64,000 bases of DNA from Eledone cirrhosa (GCA_964016885.1 OZ024740.1:201748001-201812000), one strand, 5' to 3'. Positions 12,653-24,989 are shown, counted from the stretch's first letter. Made by a program: numbers and translations. Notes: generated by a model from the letters alone, not told the origin.

Positions 12653-14010
12653 TACAAAATAATGCTCATTCGTTTTAAAGTAAAAATTAGTCATTATTAA
12701 TCCATTGTTATTTTCTACCCCAACCTCTAAATAATTCCTTTTTTTTTTTACATTAAAGTTACATTTGTTCACTTCTAAATAACTAGGATAAATTTTACAA
12801 ATATTCAAAATCCCTTAATTAAGAACAAATATATTACCTAAATATCTACAACACCCACTCAGCTGTTGAATCAAATCAATCTATTTTTGTTTGCATAAAC
12901 TATAAAGAAAATATAAACTATAAAGAAAATATAAATTATAAAGAAAATTGTGAAAGTGCAAGGTTTCGTGGTTAGAGAGTTAGATCTGCAATTGTGAGTT
13001 CAATTCTTGGACCAAGTGATACATTTTGTCCGTGAGCAAAACACTTTATTTCACATTGCTCCTTCTGCCAGGTGTTGCAAGCAGTAGGTAGTATCAGCAA
13101 AGGAAAGACCAATGGAAACATTGTTTCCTTGGTCCAATTTGACGAGGTCCACCCCACTTGGCAAGTGAATGAGGTCTAGGATCTTGTCAATCGATCCAAT
13201 AAAAAAATAAAGAAAATTAAACTCACAAGAATATAAATAAAGTCAGCCAATAAAGGACTACAGCATTTATATAGCATTTATTTTCATGGGTGTCCAATGT
13301 AATCATTTCAATGTAAAGCTCAATACTAAGTTTGTACTTCTATAGCACTCATCAACATCATTTAACATCAAATTTCCATGCTAGCAAGGGTTGGACGGGT
13401 CTACATAGACCAAATCAGTAATGAAAAGGGGCTACATAGACCAATCAGTAATGAAAAGGGACTACTGACCTCCCAGGTAAGTGAGATACAGACAGCTCAG
13501 CCTATGTACAGTCATACTTTCTATTGAGTGCACAGGAGTTCTCGTGTCTTTTGACACAAACTGAAGGGTCCTCCCAACCCCTTGTGTGGCAAACTTTCTA
13601 TGGCTGGATGCCCTTCCTAACACCAGCCACTTTCCAGCATGTACTGGATGCTTTTATTGTGTAGATCACCAGCACAAGGGAGAGGATGTCATCTCCTTTT
13701 CAGAAAATGAAAGACGTTTTTTTTTTTTCCTTTGATAAAGTGTTTGAAAATCTGATTTACATACAAAAGCTCCATTCAGTATTTTTTCTTCCCCAAATAA
13801 AGAAAAAATAAGGAGAAATAAAAGAGGAGAGGGTGCACGTGTGTGTACAGATGTGTGCATGTGTGTTTAGTTAGCAGCTAATATTCTAATTATAAGGTAG
13901 TTACAGCTATTTTCAAATCCCCAAGAAGTAAGAAACAGTAACAAGAACATGTAGACATTTTCTGTATGAGACGAAGAGGAAAGAAATTGGGTTAACCCTT
14001 TTGATACCAA

Positions 14011-14240
14011 CCCAGTGAAAACTAGCTCTGGTTCTATGAAACAGAACTACCCTTTATTAAAAAGTTCCTATTCCTATCTTCCAACATAATTATATAATTA
14101 ATTGTTTCTACTTTAGGCACAAGGCCAGCAATTACCAAGTGCATTACTGGTATAATTAATAACTTTCATAAATCCCTTAAAAGTCTTCATTAAGTGAAAT
14201 AAAATGTGTTTCATTAGAAATATGGTCACGAAAGAATTAA
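14011..14240. mobile_element. Old piggyBac-like MITE (family B) carrying a ~55-nt SINE stub at 14098-14151
   Basis: Starts ttaacccttttgatacc and ends in a degenerate aaagaattaa. The SINE stub is flanked by tataattaat. Confidence 0.6.
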
Positions 14241-14510
14241 ATGATATAAAAGATGGCAAAACATTCCATAAACAAGATATAACATTTGACAATAAAAGTT
14301 TTAACCTTTTTGATACTAAACTGTCTCTGAAACTGCCCCTGATTCTACTATAGTAAGCTGTTTAACCTTTTTGATACTAAACTGTCTCTGAAACTGCCCC
14401 TGATTCTACTATACTAGGCTGTTTAACCCTTTTGATATCGAACTGCCCCAAACTGCACCTGATTCTATGAAACAAAACTATCCATTTTAAGGTATCCATT
14501 TTAAATTTAA

Positions 14511-14673
14511 CCCTTTAGCATTTACACCAGCCGTATCCGGCCAGAATTCTCTCACCTCTTTCTGTTCAAACCAGCTGTAACCGGCCACTCATACCAACGT
14601 TAAAAATAAATATCATCATCATAAAACCTTTACCACGAAAATACAATAGTAGAGTAATGTAAATGCTAAAGGG
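14511..14673. mobile_element. piggyBac-type MITE (family A)
   Basis: TTAA|ccctttagcatttaca ... tgtaaatgctaaaggg|TTAA: perfect 16-bp TIRs with a TTAA TSD. Confidence 0.9.
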
Positions 14674-15730
14674 TTAAACCTTCCAACATATATAAGAGCC
14701 ATTCATTAAGCTATTTTACAAATACTAGTGATTCTGTTCACTCTCCCTCCCTCCATCTCAAGGGGTTATATTCCAATTTTATTCAACTAAATTATATTCA
14801 TTGTAATAACCTTTACAAAAAGCAAAGCATACTCTTAAATATTAATCTTGCAACATGTTTTTCAATCATTGTTCACAATAAGATAATTAATAATTTTAGT
14901 AAATCCCTCCAAATTCTTCATTAATTAAATGAAATACTATATTTCAATAGAAATATGGTGGCAAATGGGTTAAAGTGTCTCTGTTTATCTAAAGACCTTC
15001 CATCTAGGAACCTTTAAGTTATGTTCTAAACACCAGCTTAACAACAAGAAAGTTAGTTATATTACTAAATCCTACACCAAATTCTTGATTATTTTCAAAA
15101 TGTTATTTAAATACCTAGACAGTATTTTTCATAAGAAATAAAGTGATGAAAGGAGCAAAATAGCTTCCACACTTATTTATGGAGATAAACTTGAGAAAAC
15201 TATGTAGAACAGCAACAAACTTGAAAACATAAGGAGTGTAACTACAAGAATATTTATAACTCCTTTAAGGTAGCTATATATAGCTATTTTCTTATTTTTG
15301 AACTACATAAGTACTATCAACAAACAGTATTCTCCTCACCTCAGACTAAGTATTAATATACACTTTCATCTTTTTTTTCCTTTAGGCTTGGGATTTGGTA
15401 ATATAACTAACAACTATTTCATATTAAACTGGTGTTTAGATAAGTTATTTAACAAAGGTTCTTATGTAAAATTATGTTGGAAGCTTTCTAAGTAAATATA
15501 AAGACGTTTAACTCTTCCATTACCATAGTACTAATGAAACACATTGTATATAATTTTCAAATCATTAAGAATTTGGAAAGTTTTAGTAATATAACTAATT
15601 TTCTCATAATTAAGCTGGTGTTTGGAGCATAAAGGTTCCTACATAAAATTATGATGGAAGGGTTTTAGATAAATATAAACATCATTCATATAATCCCATT
15701 TTTAACCATATTTCTAATGAGGAACACTGG

Positions 15731-15960
15731 GGGGGAAGAAAAAAGAGGAAAAAGAAGAAAAAAAAAGAAAAAGAAGAAAAAGTAAAAGAAAAAGTAAAAG
15801 TAAAAGAAAAAGAAGAAAAAGTAAAAGAAAAAGAAGAAAAAGTAAAAGAAAAAGAAAAAGTAAAAGAAAAAGGAGAAAAAGTAAAAGAAGAAAAAGAAAA
15901 AGAAGAAAAAGAAAAAGAAAAAGAAGAAGGGGAAAAAGGAAAAGAAGAAAATAAAAAGAG
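15731..15960. repeat. Purine-rich low-complexity tract (GAAAAA/GTAAAA/GAA)n
   Basis: Seen directly. It produces the poly-F/L ORFs. Confidence 0.95.
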
Positions 15961-16861
15961 ACATCCACACAGTTCACATCTACCAAATTTACATACAAGG
16001 CATTAGTCAGCTCCTATAGTAAAAGTTACTTGTCCAGAGTGCCAAACACTAAAATTGAACCTGAAACTATTTGTGAATTCCACTTGTATCAAACAAGTGG
16101 AATTTATATACTTATAAAAATACCTAAACAAAGACTCTCCCAATGTAAAAAGTAATATATTTCCATTTCTATATATATATCTAAATCAAGGTATTCCTAT
16201 TTTCTGCTCACAAAAATACTTTCTTTGTCTGCTTAACAAACTCTAGTTGCTCACACCATAGAGCACAGAGAATCCAAGTTAAAGCTACCAACACAACTTA
16301 TTCATTAAATATAGCCAGCAACAAAACTTCTATCTCTTCACATTTCTTTCCTGCATGGCTGCCTTTGAAAATAAACTGCACTCATATAACATTCTTCATT
16401 CAGATAACCCAGATCTTTGGAAAAGAAACAAACTGGCAGCTAAAAATGTTCTTCGGCTAAACTTATATCAAGGAATTCGGAAACTATAGATCTTCATTAT
16501 CATTTCATGTCCGCTTTCCATGCTGGCTTGGGTTGGATGTGTTGTCACCAACATTTCTTACAAGTTGCAGATACATTGCCATGCTGTCACTGCATCGGTG
16601 TTGCACATATCAAAATCTTGCTACTCAGTAGCTATGAAACGATGTGCAGTAGCTTTGAATTGAAAATATTTTTTGCTGAAAACATCATACATTTTGCTCA
16701 GTGGTTGTGAAAAATTAGGGAGAACATTAGTTTTCACAGTACCCCACAAAAGAAATTTGATACCATACTTTCCTTGTTCTAGCGTGGTTTCTACAGCTGA
16801 ATGCCTTCCTAACACTAACCATTATACCATCAACACTGAGGATGTTGTCTCATCCACTGCA

Positions 16862-17302
16862 ATTATCATCATCATCGTTTTACGTCCATTCTTCCACGCT
16901 AGCATGGGTTAGACAGGTTGTCCTGTTGTGGGCAGTGTCCGGTCGGTTGACCTTGTCTTGCTCATATGGGAACTGATTCTGGCTTGATTTCTACAGCTGG
17001 ATGCCCTTCCTAACACCAACCTCATTTACAGAGAGTGCTGGGTGCTTTTTTTCCGTGGTGCCTACACGTCCACTTTACAGTGTGGACTGGGTGCTTTTTT
17101 TGCTGTGGCACCTCCACGACCACTTTGTAGTGAGATGATAGGGACCCCAATCCTATCATCTCATTTCTACAACTGAGTAAACTGGAGCAATGTGAAATAA
17201 AGTGTCTTGCTCAAGGAAACAACACATTACCCGGTCCGAGAATTGAACTCACAACCTTTCGATTGCAAGCCCAATGCTCTAACCACTCAGCCATGCGCCT
17301 TC
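16862..17302 (-). mobile_element. tRNA/CORE-type SINE carrying the 3'UTR of RTE subfamily B
   Basis: On the minus strand: A-box tggctgagtggttag, B-box gagttcaattc, CORE-like ccttgagcaagacactttatttcacattgctccag, then ~265 nt matching 25703-25965, ending in (GAT)n. Confidence 0.85.
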
Positions 17303-17581
17303 ATTCTCATATTTATCAAATAATTCTACCTCAACTCTTAATATCCTCAGCAGAAAATATCTCACAAGATTTATGAATTCAAATGTTTACAGTATCTTTA
17401 CTAGTGAACAGATCATTGTGAACATTTGCAGTATTAAAGTCTTTCATTTTTAATGTGGAACAATCAATGTCTTGAAAATGTGGTTTCGTGTGGTACAGGG
17501 TTTTAAGAGTTAAAAATGTAAATAAAAACAAAATAAACAACTGACTAAACCTAATCAATATATTTGAATAAGGTAATTTAC

Positions 17582-17680
17582 CTGGTTTAACAGATTGTAC
17601 AAAAACAGGATTATCTCCACTGACAGTAAGCCCATAACCCTTCTCATCCTTCTGGATTATCACACACCGCTGGACCTGAC
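17582..17680 (-). CDS. ARHGEF12: Internal coding exon, N-terminal half of the PDZ domain of an RH-RhoGEF (ARHGEF11/ARHGEF12, RhoGEF2-like)
   Basis: Encodes (G)QVQRCVIIQKDEKGYGLTVSGDNPVFVQSVKP(G), nearly identical to the LARG/PDZ-RhoGEF PDZ start LVQRCVIIQKD..GFGLTVSGDNPVFVQSVK (from memory). Acceptor tttctctattccagcag, donor CAG|gtaaat; 99 nt, phase 1/1. The symbol stands for the ARHGEF11/12 co-ortholog. Confidence 0.92.
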
Positions 17681-18305
17681 CTGCTGGAATAGAGAAATAT
17701 ATATATACATTCTAATAAGTATTTTATATTATATAGATAGGCTAAACTATATTCCCTTAGAAATGAATCAAACAAACGGAGATATATACACACACATGTA
17801 TATACATATGCGCAAAAAGACATACATATAAAGATGCACATAAACATGCACATAAACACATATACACGTGCCCACAGTCAAATACATACACATGCACTCA
17901 TACACAAATATGTACACATACATAGACACACAGGTACCCAAAACATACTGACACACACACATGTATGTATACACACATATACAGGAACATACACACAGTG
18001 ACATATAAATACCAACTGAATATAATTGGAATGACCATGGAGTAACATTTTAAGTATCTAGGATTATATTATACAATAGATGAAATTATATTTTAATCTG
18101 AACCACATATTTCTGAAAAAAAATAGTTATTCATAAAAATCAATTGATATAATAAATGAATAATTGATTATCAAGAGAACAAACAAGTGTACCTATTAAC
18201 CCATTACCATATTTCAAATATTTCCTACAATTTTCATATAATTTTGAAAATATGCAACAATTTGTAGGAATTTTGATAATCAATTATTCATTAATTATAT
18301 CAATT

Positions 18306-18622
18306 TCAGAGATAGAGTCACTCAGATAGAGCCACTACTTCGCTGAATTGAGAGATCACAGCTTCAATACTATGGGCATGTGGTTAGAATGTCTCAAGAA
18401 AGAATCACTGGACAGATTTTACGGGCAAAACCAACCAGTAAGAGACCCAGGGGGTAGACTCTGAGCAAGATGGTTGGATAACATCCATGAGCTTGGCTGG
18501 TCACGCCTGGGAATCCATCCAGACCAGTTGGAGTCAGTTGTTTCTGACAGGACCCGCTGGAAGGAGTGTTTGAGGACTCTGCCCCCACAACCCTCTCAAG
18601 AATAAGTGGGTGAAGAAGAAAA
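18306..18622 (+). mobile_element. 3' fragment of a Rex3/Expander-like RTE LINE
   Basis: Degenerate translation EPLLR*IERSQLQYYGHVVRMSQERITGQILRAKPTSKRPRG..RWLDNIHELGWSRLGIHPDQLESVVSDRTRWKECLRTLPPQPSQE*, then a short UTR and (GAA)n. Confidence 0.8.
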
Positions 18623-21600
18623 AGAAGAGTATAATTTAACAAAGGTTCTTATATAAAATTATGGTGAAAGGTTTTCAGATAAATATAAACACTTTAAAAC
18701 AAATTATTTTCTATCATGTAGACAAAACCAATTTTAGGTTGTTTGGTATCAAAACGTTTACAACACTTGAAGAGTTTTCGAGAATTTCTTGTTTACTGAC
18801 CTAAGGTATGTACCTAAAAGTGAAGTGTACATATTTCATAATTTCTCTAGTGTATCGACAGCCCCTATTTACTCCCTGCCATCATTGATCTGAGGAGTCT
18901 TCTTGAATTGTACAGTTCTTTGGTCACAATTTTATGTAAGAACCTTTAAGTTATGTTCTAAATACCAGCTTAATACTGAGAAAGTCATTACTAAATCTCT
19001 ACTAATTCTTTGATTATTTTCAAAATTATTTGAAAATCACAAGCAGTGTCTTTCATTAAAAATATGAGAACAAAAGGGTTAAATATTTTATGTAGGACTT
19101 TTAAGGGAAAATAAACAACCAAATAACACGTTAATTGAGACAAGAAAAGAGGATTCTAACTAATATGTTGAAACAGTGGTGGTCGTGATTGTGGTGGAGG
19201 CAACTTGTCTGTGGATAGTCAGTAGGGGTAAGGGTTGTAGTAAGGGCTGATGGGAGTGAGGGCCAGGTAGGAGTGGGGGTTACTATGACATCTTGGAGTG
19301 TGAAAAAAAATAGTAGAACATCTAACAGAAGGTGAAAATATTGGATAAATTAACACAGTAAGTGTAGCAAGTTTGATTGTAAACAGATTGTATCTGGGGA
19401 ATGTCTTGGGAGTAATTTAGAGAGAGATGAGTTTCTTGAAGTATTGGCTACTGTTATCAGCGGTAAAACAAATGGAGAAAGAATGGTGGGGTAATAATAA
19501 GACATTTTACAGGTAAACAGATTTGAAGAAATTGACTTAGATATAGAATTTCTCTCCAGAGAAAACATCAATAAAAGAGAATTGCTTTTTCCCTAAGATT
19601 AAAAAAAAATTACCTCAGAAGTTAGTCTCTCTCTCTCTCTCTCTCTCTCTATAATCTGTCTATTCACCTATATCTATCTCTCTATATATCCACCTCTCCA
19701 CATATCTACTTCTCTATATAACTATTTCTTTATATCAATATCTCTCTCTCTCACACACTTGCACACACATACACATATAGACAGATACACACATCCATAG
19801 GCTCAGATCAATAAAGAAATAGGAATGAGATTGTGATGTTCATGCTGTTTTCAATGGATAAATAATGAAATGATTTTAAATAGATATTGTAACAAAGTCA
19901 AGAATTTGGCTGGCTTTCAAAACCAAGAAATAATTTCACAACTTCTCTTATCATCTTGGGCCTCCGTTGGTTTCAACAATGAGTCTTCCAGTTGTTTATT
20001 CAATGAAATCACTTGCACATGAAATTAACATAAGTGGCTGAGCATTCCATAGACATGTGTGTCCCTAATGTAATTCCCAGAGATATTCAGTATAACACTG
20101 TGTAACACAGTGAGCTTTTTAACTTACAGGTACTGTCTATCTAACAGACTTCCAAATAGCTTCTGCCTTTGCCCCAAATGCCAAACATTAGGATTGATCC
20201 CAACACCTCATGATTGCAAAGTGAAGTTCTTACTAAGCGGCCATGCTGTGTCTATTTTGACAACACAGGAGATTTTATGTAAATTTGTATGACAATGCCT
20301 CACTTAGGAATCTAGAATAAATATTACATTCTACAGTAGAATTATTCACTGCATAAGATTGCCATATCATTTTGAAAACAATAAAAAAAATTGGAGGGAT
20401 TTAGTAAATATAACTAACTTCAAATCCCGCCACTGTTAGCTTTGCTTTCATCCTTATGGGGATCGATAAAATAAAGTACTGGTAATGCACTGGGGTCGAT
20501 TTAATCAATTTTCCCCTTTCCTAAATTGCTGGCCTTGTGCCTACATCTGAAATCATTATCAACATGCTTGAAACATAACAGGATTTTACATAAAATTATG
20601 GGGAAAGGGTTTAGATAAATACAAACACATTAAAGCTAACGGTTTTGTATTGTAAAATCAAGCAGTTTAATATCAAAGAGTTAAATCATCATCATCACTA
20701 TTCAACAGCAGTAGCAGATGGCTACAACTCTGATAACTCACAGTTTTCATGATCAGATGTGGACCCCAAGGCCAGGTGATTGGCCCAGTAGAATTTGATT
20801 TTAGAATGCACAGAATCAGAACAAAAACTGCAATGCCTTATCAAATCCAGTGCCAAAGACTGGTATTTTATTATATTGATCCTGAAAGGTATGAAATTGG
20901 AGCGGAGTATGCCAGAACAAATAGCATAAAATATTCTACCTGACATCTTAAATACTCTGCCAAAACATCATTCTGTTATGTGAAGACAAAGAAATGTGAA
21001 TAATTTACAGGAGAATGAAAACAATGTACACTTTATTAAAATAGTCATCAGTCTAAGAAAAAAAGCAAGGTATTACATACACACATATGCACATACACAG
21101 TTACAGAATGGAATAGAACTGTCAGTTTTGATGAGAGTGTGCCAGTTGTTTGATCAATGAAACAGCTTGCACATGAAATTAACTTACAAGTAGCTACACA
21201 TTCCACATACATGTGTACCTTTAACATAATTCCCAGAAAGATTTTCTGTGACACAGTGTGACAAGGTTAGCCCTTGGATTACAGGTTCAGTACACCTGAC
21301 AGGCTTCCAAACAGTTTCGATCCCCCAAATTTCACTCATAATATTTGGATCAATCCAAGGCTAAATAATAACAAATGACTCACAATGGGATTAAACCTGG
21401 TTGACCCTGCTGCATCCACAGATGTATACACTCACAAACATATGTATATGCATGTACATACAATATGAGCTAGAGGCACGTGCCTCATATAGGACATCAG
21501 TGTCAGCAACTCTTTCTCTCCTTCACACATTCTAGATGCTGTGAATGAGGCAAGGGTCATTGCATCCATAGACCAATGGAGTAAATTACTGAGATACCAT

Positions 21601-22087
21601 GATCTATTCATAAATCACATTTTTCAGCTCCATAAAAAATAAAGAGCTAGACTGCTGACAAGTTTCTATCATTGTTGGTAGCTCATCTTAGTGAAGTATC
21701 AGGCTTTGCTCATGCTACAGCACTTCAGCCTTACTATCATCTGCATTAATACCATGTTTTAGGTTGCTTCAAAATATTTTAGAGGGAATTCCTAGTAATC
21801 CCTGTTGTAGTGTGTAATTGAGAGTGCACATGCCTTTTCTTTTCTTTTTTCTTTCTGAGTCATTTTTATTGATTTGTTTCTTTTATTGATTTTGTTTTGC
21901 AAATCATATTCCTAATAAATTGAAAAACGTGACATTCTACAACAAAAATACTTTACAACAAGGGCGGTGCCCCAGCATGGCCTCAGCCGGATGGTTGGAT
22001 CAGGTAAAAGAGTAAAACAATTATATAATATCTATATATATTAGTACATTATGTGTGTGTGTATCTTAGTACATAATGTATATATAT

Positions 22088-22250
22088 ATCATCATCATCG
22101 TTTAACGTCTATCTTCCACGTTAGCATGGGTTTAGACGGGAATTGTCCCACGTGAGGCAAGACTGGTTGTCTTGCTCGTATAGGACTGTCTGGCGGGTTT
22201 TCTACGGCTGGATGCCCTTCCTAACACCAACCACGTTTACAGTATGGACT
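22088..22250 (-). mobile_element. RTE 3'UTR stub inserted in (TA)n
   Basis: Reverse complement of about 1575-1735; (ATC)n tail. Confidence 0.85.
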
Positions 22251-22271
22251 ATATATGAATATATATATATT

Positions 22272-22584
22272 TCACATTGTAAAGTGGTCATGTAGGTATC
22301 ACGTCAAAAAGCACCCAGTCTGCACTGTAAAGTGGTTGTGTAGGTGTCACGACAAAAAATACCTAGTCCACACTGTAAAGTGGTCATGTAGAAGTCATGA
22401 CAAAAAGCACCCAGCACACATTGTAAATGTGGTTGGTGTTAGGAAGGGCATCCAGCTGTAGAAATCTAGCCAGAAATAGTTCTGTATGAGCAGGATACAG
22501 TCACCTAACTCCACCTGCCTCTAATGGGACATGTCTAACCCATGCTAGCATGGAAGGTGGACGTTAAATGGTGATGATGATGAT
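22272..22584 (+). mobile_element. RTE-type 3'UTR fragment with ~47-nt internal tandem units
   Basis: Units cacactgtaaagtggt..tgtaggtgtcacgacaaaaa.cacccagtc, then ggttggtgttaggaagggcatcc and a (GAT)n tail. Confidence 0.8.
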
Positions 22585-22832
22585 ATACATTTTAATGCAA
22601 ATGACCATAATAATAATGGTTGACTACTATAAATATTTGAGAAAATCAGGTAAAGTATTTTCCTGCCTTGTAATGTGTATTACAAAATACAATTATTGTT
22701 GTTTCTATAACATAGTATGAGTATTCTCTGAAATATATTTTCTCATCTCATTTTCATTGAGCTTTTATCGAACAACTAAATCAAGACGATTAGATGATTT
22801 TATTTTGATTTGTATTAGTTTTATATATATAT

Positions 22833-23268
22833 ATCATCATCATCGTTTAACGTCCATCTTTCACACTAGCATGGGTTTGGACGGGAATTTTCCCACTTGA
22901 GGCAAGATTGGTCGTCTTGCTCGTATAGGACTGTCTGGCAGGTTTTCTACGGCTGGATGCCCTTCCTAACACCAACCACGTTTACAGTGTGGACTGGGAG
23001 GTTTTTACCGTGTTACCTACACGGCCACATTACAGCGTGGACTGTGTTTTTTTGTCGTGACACCTACACGACCTCATTTATTTAGGACTGGATGTTGTGG
23101 TACCAACATAACTTTACAGAGAAAGGGGTGGTGTGGATGGGGTGGGAGTAGTGAGACGGGGTGTATTTTGGTAAGAGGTGCCTACTGACTGTAGGTTTCG
23201 CTTTGTAAGGCGGGTCTTCTGTATTACTGCGTAGTGCCAAAGATCTCGGTCCAGTGACATTGTCTTGC
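22833..23268 (-). mobile_element. 5'-truncated RTE subfamily A-like copy flanked by (TA)n
   Basis: Reverse complement of about 1300-1735. Confidence 0.88.
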
Positions 23269-23804
23269 ATATATATATATATTATATATACGGTTTCTGA
23301 AATAGCCGTCGAAACGGCTGGAACTCTGCCGTCGGGGTTAAATATTTTCCTATTACCCACTCTACTACCCTAAGTATTGAGTACTCTGGTGCGTTATGGT
23401 CCATCTGGTTCCTTACCACACCTCCTTCGTTACATATATATATATAAGAGAGAGAGAGAGAGAGAGAAAGAGGGGGGGAGAGATAGAGAGAAAGAGAGTG
23501 GGGAAGAAGACTAGTCTGAGGATATTTTACATCCATCTGATCAATCATATATATAGATATCTTTGTACAATTCTTTTATTTTAGTCGTTTTCCACCAGAA
23601 ACTCCATAATCACAAAAACAAAGGAATCCTTCTGAAATTCAAAAGAAGCAACCATTGGTTCTTCCTTGCTAGCTTTTTTTTTTTTTTAAAGCATTTTTTT
23701 TTGTCTTTTTTTATTCGTTCTTTCAAAGAACTTCTAATTCTGCCTTCCAGACAATAAAGGAGGAGAAATACACACACATCATCACCCTTTTACATCTATT
23801 TTCT

Positions 23805-23807
<3 letters not shown>

Positions 23808-23891
<84 letters not shown>

Positions 23892-24912
23892 TGTATGCGT
23901 GTGTGTGTGTTATGTGTGCGTGTGTAAACGTGTGTAATGTCTGTGTGTCTGTATGTGTGTATGTGTGTGTGGATATATGTATATGTGTGTGCCTGTATGT
24001 ATGTGTGTGTGCATGTGTCTGTATGTGTGTGTGTGCGTGTGTGTGTCTGTATGTGCGTGTGTCTATGTCTGTCTGTGTCTGTGTGTGTGTCTGTATGTGT
24101 GTGTGTCTGTGTGTCTGTATGTATGTGTGTGTCTGTATGTGTGTCTGTATGTCTGTGTGTGCGTCTGTATGTATGTGTGTGTGTCTGTATGTATGTATGT
24201 CTGTGTGTGTGTGTGTGTCTGTATGTGTGTGTGTCTGTATGTGTGTGTGTCTGTATGTATGTGTGTATGTATGTGTGGGTGTATGTATGTATGTATATGT
24301 CTGTGTGTGTATGTATGTCTGTGTGTGTGTGTCTGTGTGTGTATGTATATGTCTGTGTGTGTATGTATATGTCTGTGTGTGTCTGTGTGTGTGTGTGTGT
24401 GTGCCTGTATCTGTGTGTGTATGTGTGTGTGTGTGTGCGCACGCATGTGTATGCGTGTATGTGTGTTGTGTGCGTGTGTAAACGTGTGTAATGTCTGTGT
24501 GTCTGTATGTATGTCTGTGTGTATGTGTGTGTGGATGTATGTGTGTGGATATATGTATATGTGTGTGCCTGTATGTATGTGTGTGTGCATGTGTCTGTAT
24601 GTGTGTGTGCGTGTGTCTATGTGTGTGTGTGCGTGTGTGTGTCTGTATGTGCGTGTGTCTATGTCTGTCTGTGTCTGTGTGTGTGTCTGTATGTGTGTGT
24701 GTCTGTGTGTCTGTATGTATGTGTGTGTCTGTATGTGTGTCTGTATGTCTGTGTGTCTGTATGTATGTGTGTGTGTCTGTATGTATGTATGTCTGTGTGT
24801 GTGTCTGTATGTATGTGTGTATGTATGTGTGGGTGTATGTATGTATGTATATGTCTGTGTGTGTATGTATGTCTGTGTGTGTGTCTGTGTCTGTGTGTGT
24901 ATGTGTGTGTGT

Positions 24913-24966
<54 letters not shown>

Positions 24967-24989
24967 CTGTGTGTGTGTGTGTGCCTGTA

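Noticed and set aside
6500-17500. Second PDZ exon of the RhoGEF
   Set aside because: Searched by eye for GAA.RAGV..GDRIIK / VNG.LV on the minus strand and found no convincing match. It may lie outside the window or have been missed.
17379-17581. C-terminal part of ORF 17379-17663 (KLPYSNIL...)
   Set aside because: Intron read-through after the GT donor at 17581; PDZ similarity stops there.
23290-23322. Hammerhead ribozyme (ctgaaat...gaaac)
   Set aside because: The core is CTGAAAT rather than CTGANGA, and GAAA lies in a hairpin loop.
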